Translations under genes and position numbers: made by a program | In this document: positions 39,262 through 47,600 of the stretch, one piece after another | How the letters are laid out: each line of letters starts with the position of its first letter | How positions within the stretch are numbered: position 1 is the stretch's first letter | Virus record (IMG/VR): IMGVR_UViG_3300013233_000773 | From: a virus | Reading direction: 5' to 3' (one strand) | Length of the DNA: 64,000 bases | Notes under the pieces: model-generated | Told to the model about the DNA's origin: nothing | Databases searched by the model: none | The model's input: the letters and a program-made list of their open reading frames with translations, nothing else

Positions 39262-40281
39262 TCATACTCGTTCTCTAGTTCCTGGTGACTCCTTTGGACG
39301 AAAAAAGTTTTCGGTAATCGGCAAGTCTATCTTGATCTGTTGCTCGCAGTGAGGGCACCTGATCTCGATGTCCGTGTCTATGCCGGGAGCATCGATGTTG
39401 ATCGTGTCGCGGACGATGGCGATGTCCTTCGAATGCATACGGGCGACCACGGCGGATATCTTCATCTGGTCCGTAACGCCATTGACGCTCACGATGGCCA
39501 TGTTGAGGTTCTCCTCGATCGTGGAGTCGAGGGACTGGTCGACACCAGGAACTGCAGCCCGCCGGATCTTCATCTTCTTCTCTATCCTGGTAATATCGCG
39601 CTGACGGAGAAACTTTACGTCCGCCCAGACGTCACGGCCGAGTAGCTTGGAGAAGTACGGCAGATCTACCCTAATCGGCTCCCTCTGGTACTTCGACGAG
39701 CGGACCTTGCCCCACAGCTTGTTCAGATCATATGACTGTGCACTCTGCTGCTTGCAAGCTTCATTACTGCAGGTGACCACGAACTCATAATCGTTGCCGT
39801 GCGTTATCCCGCGCAGATAGAACAGGAGGAACGCACGATCGCCGACCAACAGGTCCATGTGATCAAAGCCGTTCGGAAGCCTTACACAATGCTCGTACAT
39901 CTTCTCCAGGGCCTGACCAGTCTGTGCAAGCCTGGAGGTGGCCATGATCTTGTCTACCTCCAGCGTCATCGGTCGTACCCTGACCTTGCCTTCAGGAATC
40001 TTGCCGTCGTAGAATATTCCCTTGCTAGGCAGGATGCAATCCTCCCACGGCACGATCTCGTTCTGCGGTTTGCTGATGAGAAAGTCAACGACGTCTGTAG
40101 CAGACGCCCCCTTTGGGAGCTGCTCGTTCAACGGCATATCCTTCTTCGCCGGAGCCTCACTGGCCTTGGCCGGCCCTTCTGCCTTCGCTTGCTTGCCTTT
40201 CGGCGGCGCAGGGGCACGGGATGCACTGCCACCCGTCACCGAACCAAGACTGATCTCGCGTTCTGCCATGTCGTTCTCCAT
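39262..40281 (-). CDS. Baseplate hub / tail assembly chaperone (T4 gp26-like)
   Basis: LPSKGIFY, VRPMTLEVDKIM, DLLVGDRAFLLFYLRGITHGNDY, CxxC pairs, C-terminal LPITENFFRP. Confidence 0.7.
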   Translation of the reverse strand: MENDMAEREISLGSVTGGSASRAPAPPKGKQAKAEGPAKASEAPAKKDMPLNEQLPKGASATDVVDFLISKPQNEIVPWEDCILPSKGIFYDGKIPEGKVRVRPMTLEVDKIMATSRLAQTGQALEKMYEHCVRLPNGFDHMDLLVGDRAFLLFYLRGITHGNDYEFVVTCSNEACKQQSAQSYDLNKLWGKVRSSKYQREPIRVDLPYFSKLLGRDVWADVKFLRQRDITRIEKKMKIRRAAVPGVDQSLDSTIEENLNMAIVSVNGVTDQMKISAVVARMHSKDIAIVRDTINIDAPGIDTDIEIRCPHCEQQIKIDLPITENFFRPKESPGTRERV

Positions 40282-40307
40282 AGAAGGTTCAGGACAACCT
40301 GCATGAC

Positions 40308-40316
40308 CATATGTAC
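40308..40316 (-). promoter_or_regulatory. GTACATATG motif (copy 2)
   Basis: Same 9-mer as at 36207 and 45380, upstream of the gp26-like gene. Confidence 0.45.
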
Positions 40317-40326
40317 TCTCGAAGAA

Positions 40327-40980
40327 CTACCGGTCTTCGGGTTCCACGGTGAATGCGGCCGGCTTCGGAACTGGAGTAGGGCCACCGCCACCGCCACCGC
40401 CACCGCCACCGCCACCGCCACCGCCACCGCCACATCCGGCAGGCTTGCTCTTGTCGCCCATAGGCGGATCTATCTTGGCAAAGTCGTACGCCACTGAGAC
40501 CCTAAGGAGCTTGATCTCCGAACTCGTATAGGTGACATCCGCCTCGTCTATCTCCTCCGGCCACGCGCCATGCAGCTCTATCCTACGTAGTGAGCCGCCA
40601 CGTCCATCAAGGAGCTCCAGCTTGACGAGACCCTTGTATCCACCTCCCTCGGACGTAGAAAACTTATGGCCGGAAATGCCCTTGGATAGAGTATAGACCT
40701 TGTCCGACCAGGTCCGGATCTGGTCTCCAAGCTTCACCGTGTCATAGAACGCAATGGTCACGTTGTCCCACCGGACCGACTTGGCGAACTTGTACCACAG
40801 CAGCCCACCGAGAATCTCCTGGAACTCCATCCTCTGTTTAGGCAGGGTAACGTCGCGCGCCCAGAAGTCCTTGTTCAAGGGACCTGCAGCAGTTATCCGC
40901 CACCTATGCTGGAACAGCGGCTCCAGCGTGTTGGACGGAGTGTTCTTGGCGCCCTTTCCGCCTATCATGAAACCCGGCAT
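40327..40980 (-). CDS. gp19: Tail tube protein (gp19-like), copy 2, with poly-Gly tail
   Basis: Start MPGFMIGG with GGAGG RBS. KFAKSVRWDNVTIAFYD and IELHGAWPEEID...VSVAYD. Confidence 0.8.
   Translation of the reverse strand: MPGFMIGGKGAKNTPSNTLEPLFQHRWRITAAGPLNKDFWARDVTLPKQRMEFQEILGGLLWYKFAKSVRWDNVTIAFYDTVKLGDQIRTWSDKVYTLSKGISGHKFSTSEGGGYKGLVKLELLDGRGGSLRRIELHGAWPEEIDEADVTYTSSEIKLLRVSVAYDFAKIDPPMGDKSKPAGCGGGGGGGGGGGGGGGGGPTPVPKPAAFTVEPEDR
40382..40432. repeat. (CCACCG)8.5 hexanucleotide microsatellite encoding poly-Gly
   Basis: Perfect repeat read directly from the sequence. Confidence 0.97.
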
Positions 40981-41016
40981 GGATGCCTCCTGAATATCTT
41001 TGGACAAAGATAGGTC

Positions 41017-41253
41017 ATGACCATAGACCAGCTACAGAACGAAGTCCTCAACCTAGCGCACCACATTGAGGACGTCAAGAAGGCAGTCAACAAAATAAAA
41101 CCACGGGACAAGGAGCAATATGCAGACATCAAGCTGGCGATGTCCGGCATAGACGACATCATAGAGGGCATCGGCAGGATCAAGGACATGCTGCCCACAA
41201 AGCAAGCCTCTGAAATTGACAGAATAGCCGGTGAAATCGAAGAACAGCCCTAA
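41017..41253 (+). CDS. Small coiled-coil hypothetical protein on the opposite strand between the tail tube genes
   Basis: 78-aa ORF that fills the gap. Confidence 0.65.
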   Translation: MTIDQLQNEVLNLAHHIEDVKKAVNKIKPRDKEQYADIKLAMSGIDDIIEGIGRIKDMLPTKQASEIDRIAGEIEEQP

Positions 41254-41777
41254 GCCGCCCTGTTCGCCCTATCGTACCTCATCGAAACCTCGATCGTCAT
41301 GATCTCGGTGTCCGTATAGTCCAATTCCTTCCAGTTAACATCCTTTGGCCAGACCCCAAACAGCTCCCAGGACTCGGAGGTTGCACCAGTGCCATTCAGC
41401 ATCTGAAGCTTGGCGTTTTTCTTGTACTTATTTGGCGCGCTCACCGGAATATTGCCGGTATGGACCCCGACCACGCCGTTCAACCAGTCCCACATTGCCT
41501 TCGAAACATCAGGATTCTGCTCTCCATCGTACCACACCAGGCTGATCGGCTCCCAGCCGTGCTTGCCGGCGAAGTAAGCCTTTTCCTGATTGTGGTGCAT
41601 CTCCGGCTCTTCGAACGAAAATTGCGGTCGACTGGCCTCTCGAAGTATCAAGAGAACGTTCGAAGCCAACGTGCCACCGGCCGTACCGATCGTCTCGAAC
41701 GTCCAACGATGCTTTCTGCGGGTCTCGGTCAGGTTGCTCGGACCATCACCAACTCCGCCAATCGTAAAGCCAGGCAT
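41250..41777 (-). CDS. gp19: Tail tube protein (gp19-like), copy 1
   Basis: Start MPGFTIGG with GGAGG RBS. RKHRW, YFAGKHGWEPISLVWYD, WELFGVWPKDVNWKELDY, MRYDRA. Confidence 0.85.
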   Translation of the reverse strand: MPGFTIGGVGDGPSNLTETRRKHRWTFETIGTAGGTLASNVLLILREASRPQFSFEEPEMHHNQEKAYFAGKHGWEPISLVWYDGEQNPDVSKAMWDWLNGVVGVHTGNIPVSAPNKYKKNAKLQMLNGTGATSESWELFGVWPKDVNWKELDYTDTEIMTIEVSMRYDRANRAA

Positions 41778-41800
41778 GTCAACGTCCTCCTTAGTCCACG

Positions 41801-41822
41801 GATATCTTTGACCGTATTTGAC
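41801..41822 (-). promoter_or_regulatory. Tandem candidate late-promoter motifs GTCAAATACGG / GTCAAAGATATC
   Basis: Located 24-45 nt upstream of tail tube copy 1. Confidence 0.4.
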
Positions 41823-41827
41823 GGAAC

Positions 41828-42610
41828 ATGAAAGACTGGAAGAAAGTCCCGCGAAAACAGGCCAGACAGATAGACGAGAAATGGAACGAACTAAAGGCGT
41901 TCGATTGGGACACCGACAAGCTAAAGCCACCGCCGCAGCCGACACCGGACGAATACCTCACCGTGCACGACGCGGCAAGGGAGCACCCAAAAGGAGAACC
42001 GGCCAAGGAGCGCGTCAGGAGAATGCTGTGCCAGCTGCGCAGGACGACGCTAGCATGCAGCATGTGCCACCTGGGGCGCAGGCTACACCAGCGCGACCAT
42101 TACCTGTTCGATCCGCATGTCTTCCACGGAGGCCAGCCCGCCAGATGGGTTGTCGTCGGACAGAATCCAGGACTGGATGAGTGTCTACAGCACGAACCGT
42201 TCGTCGGACCATCCGGCAAGTTCTTCAACGAACAGATCGAGAGACATGGCCTGTCAAGGAATAACTTCTACATCACCAACGCGGTCAAGTGCTGCACGAG
42301 GGATAACGCAACCCCGTCCGCCGAGAACATCGCAAGGTGCGCCCCCATACTGCAGATGGAACTTACCATATTGAACCCGATACTGGTCATAACCCTAGGG
42401 GCGATTGCGCTGAAGGTTCTTTGCCCTGGAGCCAGGCTGGACACAGACCTTGGCAGGATAATTGAGTCTGAACGGTTCGGGGTCAAGGTTTTCTCAACCT
42501 ACCACCCATCACCAAGGAACATGGTAATAGAGTCCAGGAAACAGGCATTCGTGCGGAACATAAGAACCATATGCAGGATATATAGGGCCATGGCCAGTGA
42601 AGACCAATGA
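41828..42610 (+). CDS. Uracil-DNA glycosylase family 4 (4Fe-4S)
   Basis: CSMCHL, VVGQNPG, PFVGPSG, ITNAVKC, ITLGAIA, TYHPS. Confidence 0.92.
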   Translation: MKDWKKVPRKQARQIDEKWNELKAFDWDTDKLKPPPQPTPDEYLTVHDAAREHPKGEPAKERVRRMLCQLRRTTLACSMCHLGRRLHQRDHYLFDPHVFHGGQPARWVVVGQNPGLDECLQHEPFVGPSGKFFNEQIERHGLSRNNFYITNAVKCCTRDNATPSAENIARCAPILQMELTILNPILVITLGAIALKVLCPGARLDTDLGRIIESERFGVKVFSTYHPSPRNMVIESRKQAFVRNIRTICRIYRAMASEDQ

Positions 42611-42748
42611 AGGCCATGGCTCGATCTCGAGCCTGCCCCAGCTGATGAGGCCGGGTGGCCGTCATAAAGCTTCCAAAGAGAACTTGGATAGAGAACATCA
42701 ATATTAAACTGCGGCTGCATAGCCTCCCGTGGTTCGCGACCATAGGTG

Positions 42749-43126
42749 CTATCGATACTTCGGCTTGACCACCGCCTCCATGACCGGACGCGGACTGCGG
42801 ATCACGCCGTCGGAGGCAACCTTGCCCTTGCCCTTGCGCGGAGAAGGGACTCTGGAGCCCTTGGCCTTCAGGCCCTTTTTGTGGCCCTTCATGAGGTTCA
42901 CCCTCGCCACACGCTTCTTCTTCTCGGCTGGACCCTTGGCGGCGTCGATGTAGCTCTGCAACTCAGCCTCTGTTGCGCTCATGGCAGGCTTGCCGAGGTC
43001 AGCATCGAGCTTGCCCTGCTTCTCGGTGACCTTCTTCCCGCCGATCGTGCTTGTCTTCGTATCGTACTTCTCGGTGATACCGAAGCCGGCAAAGCCCTGC
43101 CCAAAGACGACTCGTGGAGCCTTCAT
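42749..43126 (-). CDS. Basic hypothetical protein, possibly an internal head protein
   Basis: 125 aa with GGAGG RBS. Preceded by a perfect GTCAAATATAGG motif. Confidence 0.7.
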   Translation of the reverse strand: MKAPRVVFGQGFAGFGITEKYDTKTSTIGGKKVTEKQGKLDADLGKPAMSATEAELQSYIDAAKGPAEKKKRVARVNLMKGHKKGLKAKGSRVPSPRKGKGKVASDGVIRSPRPVMEAVVKPKYR

Positions 43127-43160
43127 CTCTCTTCCTCCCTTGTGCCAGTAAACCTACCGG

Positions 43161-43173
43161 CCTATATTTGACG
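43161..43173 (-). promoter_or_regulatory. Candidate late promoter CGTCAAATATAGG
   Basis: Identical 13-mer to the one upstream of the tail sheath gene (55436-55448). Confidence 0.55.
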
Positions 43174-43815
43174 ACGGGAGCCAACAGGCACTCTGCACGC
43201 CTCCTGACGGTCCCCGCCCGGAGACCACTCCCTCCAGGACCGGAGAACGTCCGGATGATAGCGCTCGATCCTATTGCCCACGGCCCTCGAATGCTTGGTC
43301 AGCTTAGGCTGAAGATGGACCGAATCGATCCCACGGAAATGAAGACAGTCGGCGATCATGGACCTATGACACTTCCACCACAGGACCTCACAACACATGA
43401 TCCCGACGTTCCTGGTCCGCCCGGCCTCCACAAGCTCATCCACACCACCGAGAAACTCCGGCAGCGTCATGAACCACTGAAAATCCCACAGGCCCTGACT
43501 ATACCAGCTCGGCGACGCAGGATCCGCCTCCTTCTTCCCAGCAATCCGTTGCTTCGGAAACCTCCGCCCGGCATAAGCCTCGAGGTCGACCTCACGGTCC
43601 CTGAACTGTTCCTTGAGCGGCAGATGCTTCTCACGCCAGCCGCCAAGCTCAGGAACCCACCGATAGGAAGGGAGCCAGTTCTCGAGGAACTCCTTGTTGA
43701 ACTGCGGCCACTTCGAACCCGGATGCGACCGGACGTCCCACACCTCGTCAATGTTCGCTATCAGCGACTCGAACGACTCCTGGTCAAGCTTCGAATGCCC
43801 TATCGTAAAGATCAT
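43162..43815 (-). CDS. DUF488-family protein
   Basis: IFTIGHS, DVRSHP, ELGG, IMCCEVLWWKCHR. GAAAGGAG RBS before ATG 43815. Confidence 0.85.
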   Translation of the reverse strand: MIFTIGHSKLDQESFESLIANIDEVWDVRSHPGSKWPQFNKEFLENWLPSYRWVPELGGWREKHLPLKEQFRDREVDLEAYAGRRFPKQRIAGKKEADPASPSWYSQGLWDFQWFMTLPEFLGGVDELVEAGRTRNVGIMCCEVLWWKCHRSMIADCLHFRGIDSVHLQPKLTKHSRAVGNRIERYHPDVLRSWREWSPGGDRQEACRVPVGSRRQI

Positions 43816-43874
43816 GAATCCTCTCCTTTCGACCACTCCATATCGCAGCACCGGCCATGTGCAAGTCCATAAAG

Positions 43875-43947
43875 CGTCCTCGCCAGGACTCGAACCTGGA
43901 ACCTGCGGATTAGGAATCCACCGCTCTATCCATTGAGCTACGAGGAC
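43875..43947 (-). tRNA. tRNA-Arg (anticodon CCT)
   Basis: GTCCTCG/CGAGGAC acceptor stem, D-arm TAGCTCAATGGATAGAGC, anticodon arm GTGGA-TTCCTAA-TCCGC, T-arm CCAGG-TTCGAGT-CCTGG. CCA is not encoded. Confidence 0.95.
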
Positions 43948-45059
43948 ACTGAACCCACCATAGCAGCCCGCCTACGCACTACCGAACACACGTGAGCCAC
44001 CTGCTCATCGGTCAACCTGGGCGAAGACGGTAACACCACACACTCCCTGTTCAACCTAGAACTGTTGGCCTCCCCCAGGGGATTGACGAACTTCAGAAGA
44101 TGAGCATGCGCCGACATTGGATAGAACATCGGACGTACCTCAATCCCGGCCTCCGAATAGTACCGCTCCGCAGACACAAAGTCATCCCCCAGCACTCTGA
44201 TGCCTACAAGCCAGCACAAAGAATGCAAGGACCGTTCCTGCATGGCCACGCCAGGGATCCCGGTCAGGCCCCTACGATATCCATCATAGACCCTCTTCTT
44301 AGCGGCAAGGATCCCGTCAAGCCTCCCAAGCTGGGAATAGAGAAGCGCAGCGTGCAGGTTCGACATCCGATAGTTGTAGCCCAGGCAGCCGTGCACGAAC
44401 CTAAGCGGTGACTGGGCCTGGGCGTGCAACAGGTAGAGATGCAGCATCAGCTCAGGGTCTCCCGACAGCACAGCCCCACCCTCCCCGCACGTGACTGTCT
44501 TGTTGCCATAGAAGGACACCGAAGACGCCAGACACGCTGTCCCAGTGAGACCGCCATGGGGACCATAACGTCCGAGGAAGCCCTCGCAGTTGTCCTCCAC
44601 TATGACGTAGCCCGGCAGCCTAGACGCCAGAGCCGGCACGTCCACCGGATTGCCGAGGGCGTGGACGACGAGGACCGCAGCCTCCTCTGGGCCAAGTCCT
44701 GAAGCAACCTGGACGACCTCGTCAAGGTCGAAGTTCCAGGTGTCCAGGTCAGAACGCACAGGGATCAGGTCGAACTCCGGACCATACCTGAAGGCGTTGT
44801 ATGCCGCAACGTACGCATTGTCCGGCACGATCATCTTCCGGACGGACGGTCTAGCCCACGCCACTGCGTGTGCGAGAAGATGCGTCGCCGCAGTGCCGGA
44901 GCTGACAAGCAGGACATTCCTCACGGAGCTACGGGCACGCAGACGCTCTGCTGCCAGCTCCTTGTAGGCACCGAGCGAGGATACCCATCCGGACCTGACG
45001 GCGTCCGTTACCGCCAGGACATCCTCTTCAGTGACGTCTGGTTCGTAGACCGGTATCAT
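43938..45059 (-). CDS. DegT/DnrJ/EryC1/StrS sugar aminotransferase (perosamine-synthase-like)
   Basis: VSSGTAA, VVHALGN, IVEDNCE, SFYGNKTVTCGEGG, GYNYRM, LPSSP. Confidence 0.93.
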   Translation of the reverse strand: MIPVYEPDVTEEDVLAVTDAVRSGWVSSLGAYKELAAERLRARSSVRNVLLVSSGTAATHLLAHAVAWARPSVRKMIVPDNAYVAAYNAFRYGPEFDLIPVRSDLDTWNFDLDEVVQVASGLGPEEAAVLVVHALGNPVDVPALASRLPGYVIVEDNCEGFLGRYGPHGGLTGTACLASSVSFYGNKTVTCGEGGAVLSGDPELMLHLYLLHAQAQSPLRFVHGCLGYNYRMSNLHAALLYSQLGRLDGILAAKKRVYDGYRRGLTGIPGVAMQERSLHSLCWLVGIRVLGDDFVSAERYYSEAGIEVRPMFYPMSAHAHLLKFVNPLGEANSSRLNRECVVLPSSPRLTDEQVAHVCSVVRRRAAMVGSVSS

Positions 45060-45364
45060 CAGTATGTCTTGTGCTTCCTCTGAACGTGCCGTCCGTCGTC
45101 CAGGTCCCGCCCAGCCACCGCGTCCCGGACGATCTCGAGCACCTTCTCGTCCAGCTCGTCGATCAGGGCACTGCGCTGGACGTTCAGGTCACAGCACTTC
45201 TTTACGCTCTCATAGAGGTCACGCAGCCCGTCACTGCTGCCGAACCTATTCCTGAACTCGTCGAACGACATCCTGCGGACCTCGTATAGGAACTCCTGGT
45301 TGTTCCACATCTTCATGTCGACGGTCACCAGCTTGTCGACCAGACCGCCAAGCGTGTCGGCCAT
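45059..45364 (-). CDS. Small helical protein, DUF4254-like
   Basis: TLGGLVDKL...DLNVQRSALIDELD. GGAGG RBS. Confidence 0.6.
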   Translation of the reverse strand: MADTLGGLVDKLVTVDMKMWNNQEFLYEVRRMSFDEFRNRFGSSDGLRDLYESVKKCCDLNVQRSALIDELDEKVLEIVRDAVAGRDLDDGRHVQRKHKTY

Positions 45365-45379
45365 TCTTCACCTCCTAAG

Positions 45380-45388
45380 CATATGTAC
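45380..45388 (-). promoter_or_regulatory. GTACATATG motif (copy 3)
   Basis: Same 9-mer, directly upstream of the RBS of the 45364 gene. Confidence 0.4.
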
Positions 45389-45399
45389 ATCGCAGGAGA

Positions 45400-46110
45400 T
45401 CAGGACAGGTCCTGAAGAATGTCACTGCTCACCAGGGTAAACTGCCTGCTCCCAAGCTCCACATAGGCCCCGCCATGCGGCGGGCACCAGAACGCACGCA
45501 CCTTCCTCTCGACCAGCTCCACTGAATCGCCAGGAGCCACGCGACGGTGCTCCTCCATCGCCCTCCGACCGTAGTATCTTCCCCTGGCCTGCGGCCGACA
45601 CGGCAGGCGTCCACCGGGACGCTCCATAGCCATGCCCATCACGCCAGCCAGGAGCGAAGGTAGGTGCCCGCGCGCAAGGTCGCGCAACCCCTTTGCGGTG
45701 ATCCTCTCCGGATCCGGGACGTCGAACCTCCTCGTCATTATCACCGGCCCAGTGTCGAATCCCTCGTCCACATAGTGAGCCGTGCAGCCCCATCGCGTCT
45801 CTCCGTTCAGGATGCCGAAGTTATAGACCGCGAGCCCACGGTATTCGGGGAGCGGTGCGGGGTGAAGGTTAACCGTGCCCATGGGCAGTTCAATGAACTG
45901 CTCCGGAATACGCCGGTGATAGCAATAGGACACGGCCACGTCGCCCTCCGGTCTCTCGGGCAGCACGTCGTCCTCGGTCACCGCCTGCACCGAGTAGCCC
46001 AGGGACTCCAGGACGTCCGAGGCCTCACTGGCCAGTCTCCCCGGAGCAAGCAGAGTCACCATCATGGAGCCATCTCCTGCGCGCGTCAGCTGCCTATGTA
46101 TCCACAGCAT
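45400..46110 (-). CDS. Formyltransferase (sugar N-formyltransferase / Fmt-like)
   Basis: NLHPAPLPEYRG, GCTAHYVDEGFDTGPVI. Confidence 0.9.
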   Translation of the reverse strand: MLWIHRQLTRAGDGSMMVTLLAPGRLASEASDVLESLGYSVQAVTEDDVLPERPEGDVAVSYCYHRRIPEQFIELPMGTVNLHPAPLPEYRGLAVYNFGILNGETRWGCTAHYVDEGFDTGPVIMTRRFDVPDPERITAKGLRDLARGHLPSLLAGVMGMAMERPGGRLPCRPQARGRYYGRRAMEEHRRVAPGDSVELVERKVRAFWCPPHGGAYVELGSRQFTLVSSDILQDLS

Positions 46111-46158
46111 TTACCTCGGCACCATTTCCGATATGGCAGGACCGAAAGGAGAACGACG

Positions 46159-47061
46159 ATGCCGGTCACCGTCAAGGCTTCCCGCAGCAAGCTCATAGTA
46201 CCGTCCGGGTTCAACAACTATGACCTGTGCCTCAACCCATACGTCGGGTGCGGATTCGGATGCACCTACTGCTACGTCAGGTTCTTCGTCAAGGACAAGA
46301 ACCACGGCTGGGGAGGATTCGTCCGGACCAGGGACCACGTCCACGACAAGCTCGAAAAGGAGCTCACCAAGGCCAACGGACACGAAGGCAAGAGGATCGT
46401 CATCGGAACCATGACCGACCCCTACCAGCCGCAGGAACGCCGCTCCAGGCTCACACGGTCGGCCCTCAAGACGATCCTGGAGCACGGACGCTTCTCCAAG
46501 GTCGGCATCTTCACGAGGTCACCCATAGTCCTGGACGACATCGACCTGATCGCCCGCCTCCCAAAGGCCAGAGTCCACTACACCATCACCCCCTTCCGGA
46601 ACGACGTGCTGAGGCTGCTTGAACCGGTGCCCATACGCACCGAAAGACGGTTCGACGCCGTCAAGAAGCTCATCGACGCCGGAATCAGGGTACACCTGAA
46701 CGTGAGCCCGATCCTTCCAACGTGGAGCGAACCATTTATCGTCCCGTTCACCATGAAGATCTCCGGACTGGGCGTCTCGGAGTTCTTCGTCGACCCAATG
46801 CAGCCATACAGGGAAAGCTTCAACGCGGTATTCGACGCAGTAAGCCACCTAGAGGAATGGCCGACCATACGGGACTTGATGCTGGACAAGGACCGGTACA
46901 ACGAATGGAAGGACGGACAGGGACGGGCCTGGACGGACGCATGGCGGCGTCACGGTGACGAGGACACCCTGGCCATATGGTGCGACCACCAGCGCAAGAT
47001 CTGGCGCAACATGTCGACCGGCCAGCAGATGGACCACAGGCTATATGGGGACGACCTCTAA
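46159..47061 (+). CDS. Radical SAM protein, spore-photoproduct-lyase-like family
   Basis: LNPYVGCGFGCTYCY (CX3CX2C), IGTMTDPYQP. GAAAGGAG RBS before ATG 46159. Confidence 0.88.
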   Translation: MPVTVKASRSKLIVPSGFNNYDLCLNPYVGCGFGCTYCYVRFFVKDKNHGWGGFVRTRDHVHDKLEKELTKANGHEGKRIVIGTMTDPYQPQERRSRLTRSALKTILEHGRFSKVGIFTRSPIVLDDIDLIARLPKARVHYTITPFRNDVLRLLEPVPIRTERRFDAVKKLIDAGIRVHLNVSPILPTWSEPFIVPFTMKISGLGVSEFFVDPMQPYRESFNAVFDAVSHLEEWPTIRDLMLDKDRYNEWKDGQGRAWTDAWRRHGDEDTLAIWCDHQRKIWRNMSTGQQMDHRLYGDDL

Positions 47062-47151
47062 CGCCTGAAACGTACATAGATCCGGAAACGATTACGGACT
47101 GAAACAAAACTAAGACAGATCTCCTCCCTGCCCAAACCCCCCACGGGCAGA

Positions 47152-47181
47152 GCGCCGGGCGGCCTTGCGACCGCCCGGCGC
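47152..47181. terminator. GC-rich hairpin between convergent transcription units
   Basis: GCGCCGGGCGG / CCGCCCGGCGC 11-bp stem with a GCAA loop core on the minus strand. No clear U-tract. Confidence 0.5.
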
Positions 47182-47600
47182 AGATATGTTGCCGACCCGC
47201 CACGCGAAACGACACAGATGCCAGGAAGACACGAAGAGATAGAAGGAGACGCCACCAAGCCGGACCGCTACGACCCCGGTGCCATGGTCATCCTCCCGCA
47301 CGTATGCAACGACGAATGTCGCTGCTGGACGGTCTGAGCCCAGCACTATGTTCTGCGATGGTGCGGGGAAGGAGCGAGGCCTTCTCCGCCTATTGCATGA
47401 TATGGAGACCGGACCTGATCAAGGACGTGGACGTGCCACGGAGATACGCTGACCAAGCACCGGCGAGAGACGGTGCGTTAAGGAACGTTCCTCCCCTGGT
47501 TGAGCTCTTCCATAGGGAGACGTCCGAACATCTGCACCAAACGGCGACACGATGGTCTGGAACGCTTGATACACGTCACTTCCAGAGGACCCCTCGTACG

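Noticed and set aside
42642-42664. CTGATGAG-GCC-GGGT-GGCC resembling a hammerhead ribozyme core
   Set aside because: The essential GAAA after stem II is absent (GTCA instead), and no stems I/III were found.
45664-46158. N-terminal extension of the radical SAM ORF
   Set aside because: Antisense to the formyltransferase. A strong RBS supports ATG 46159.
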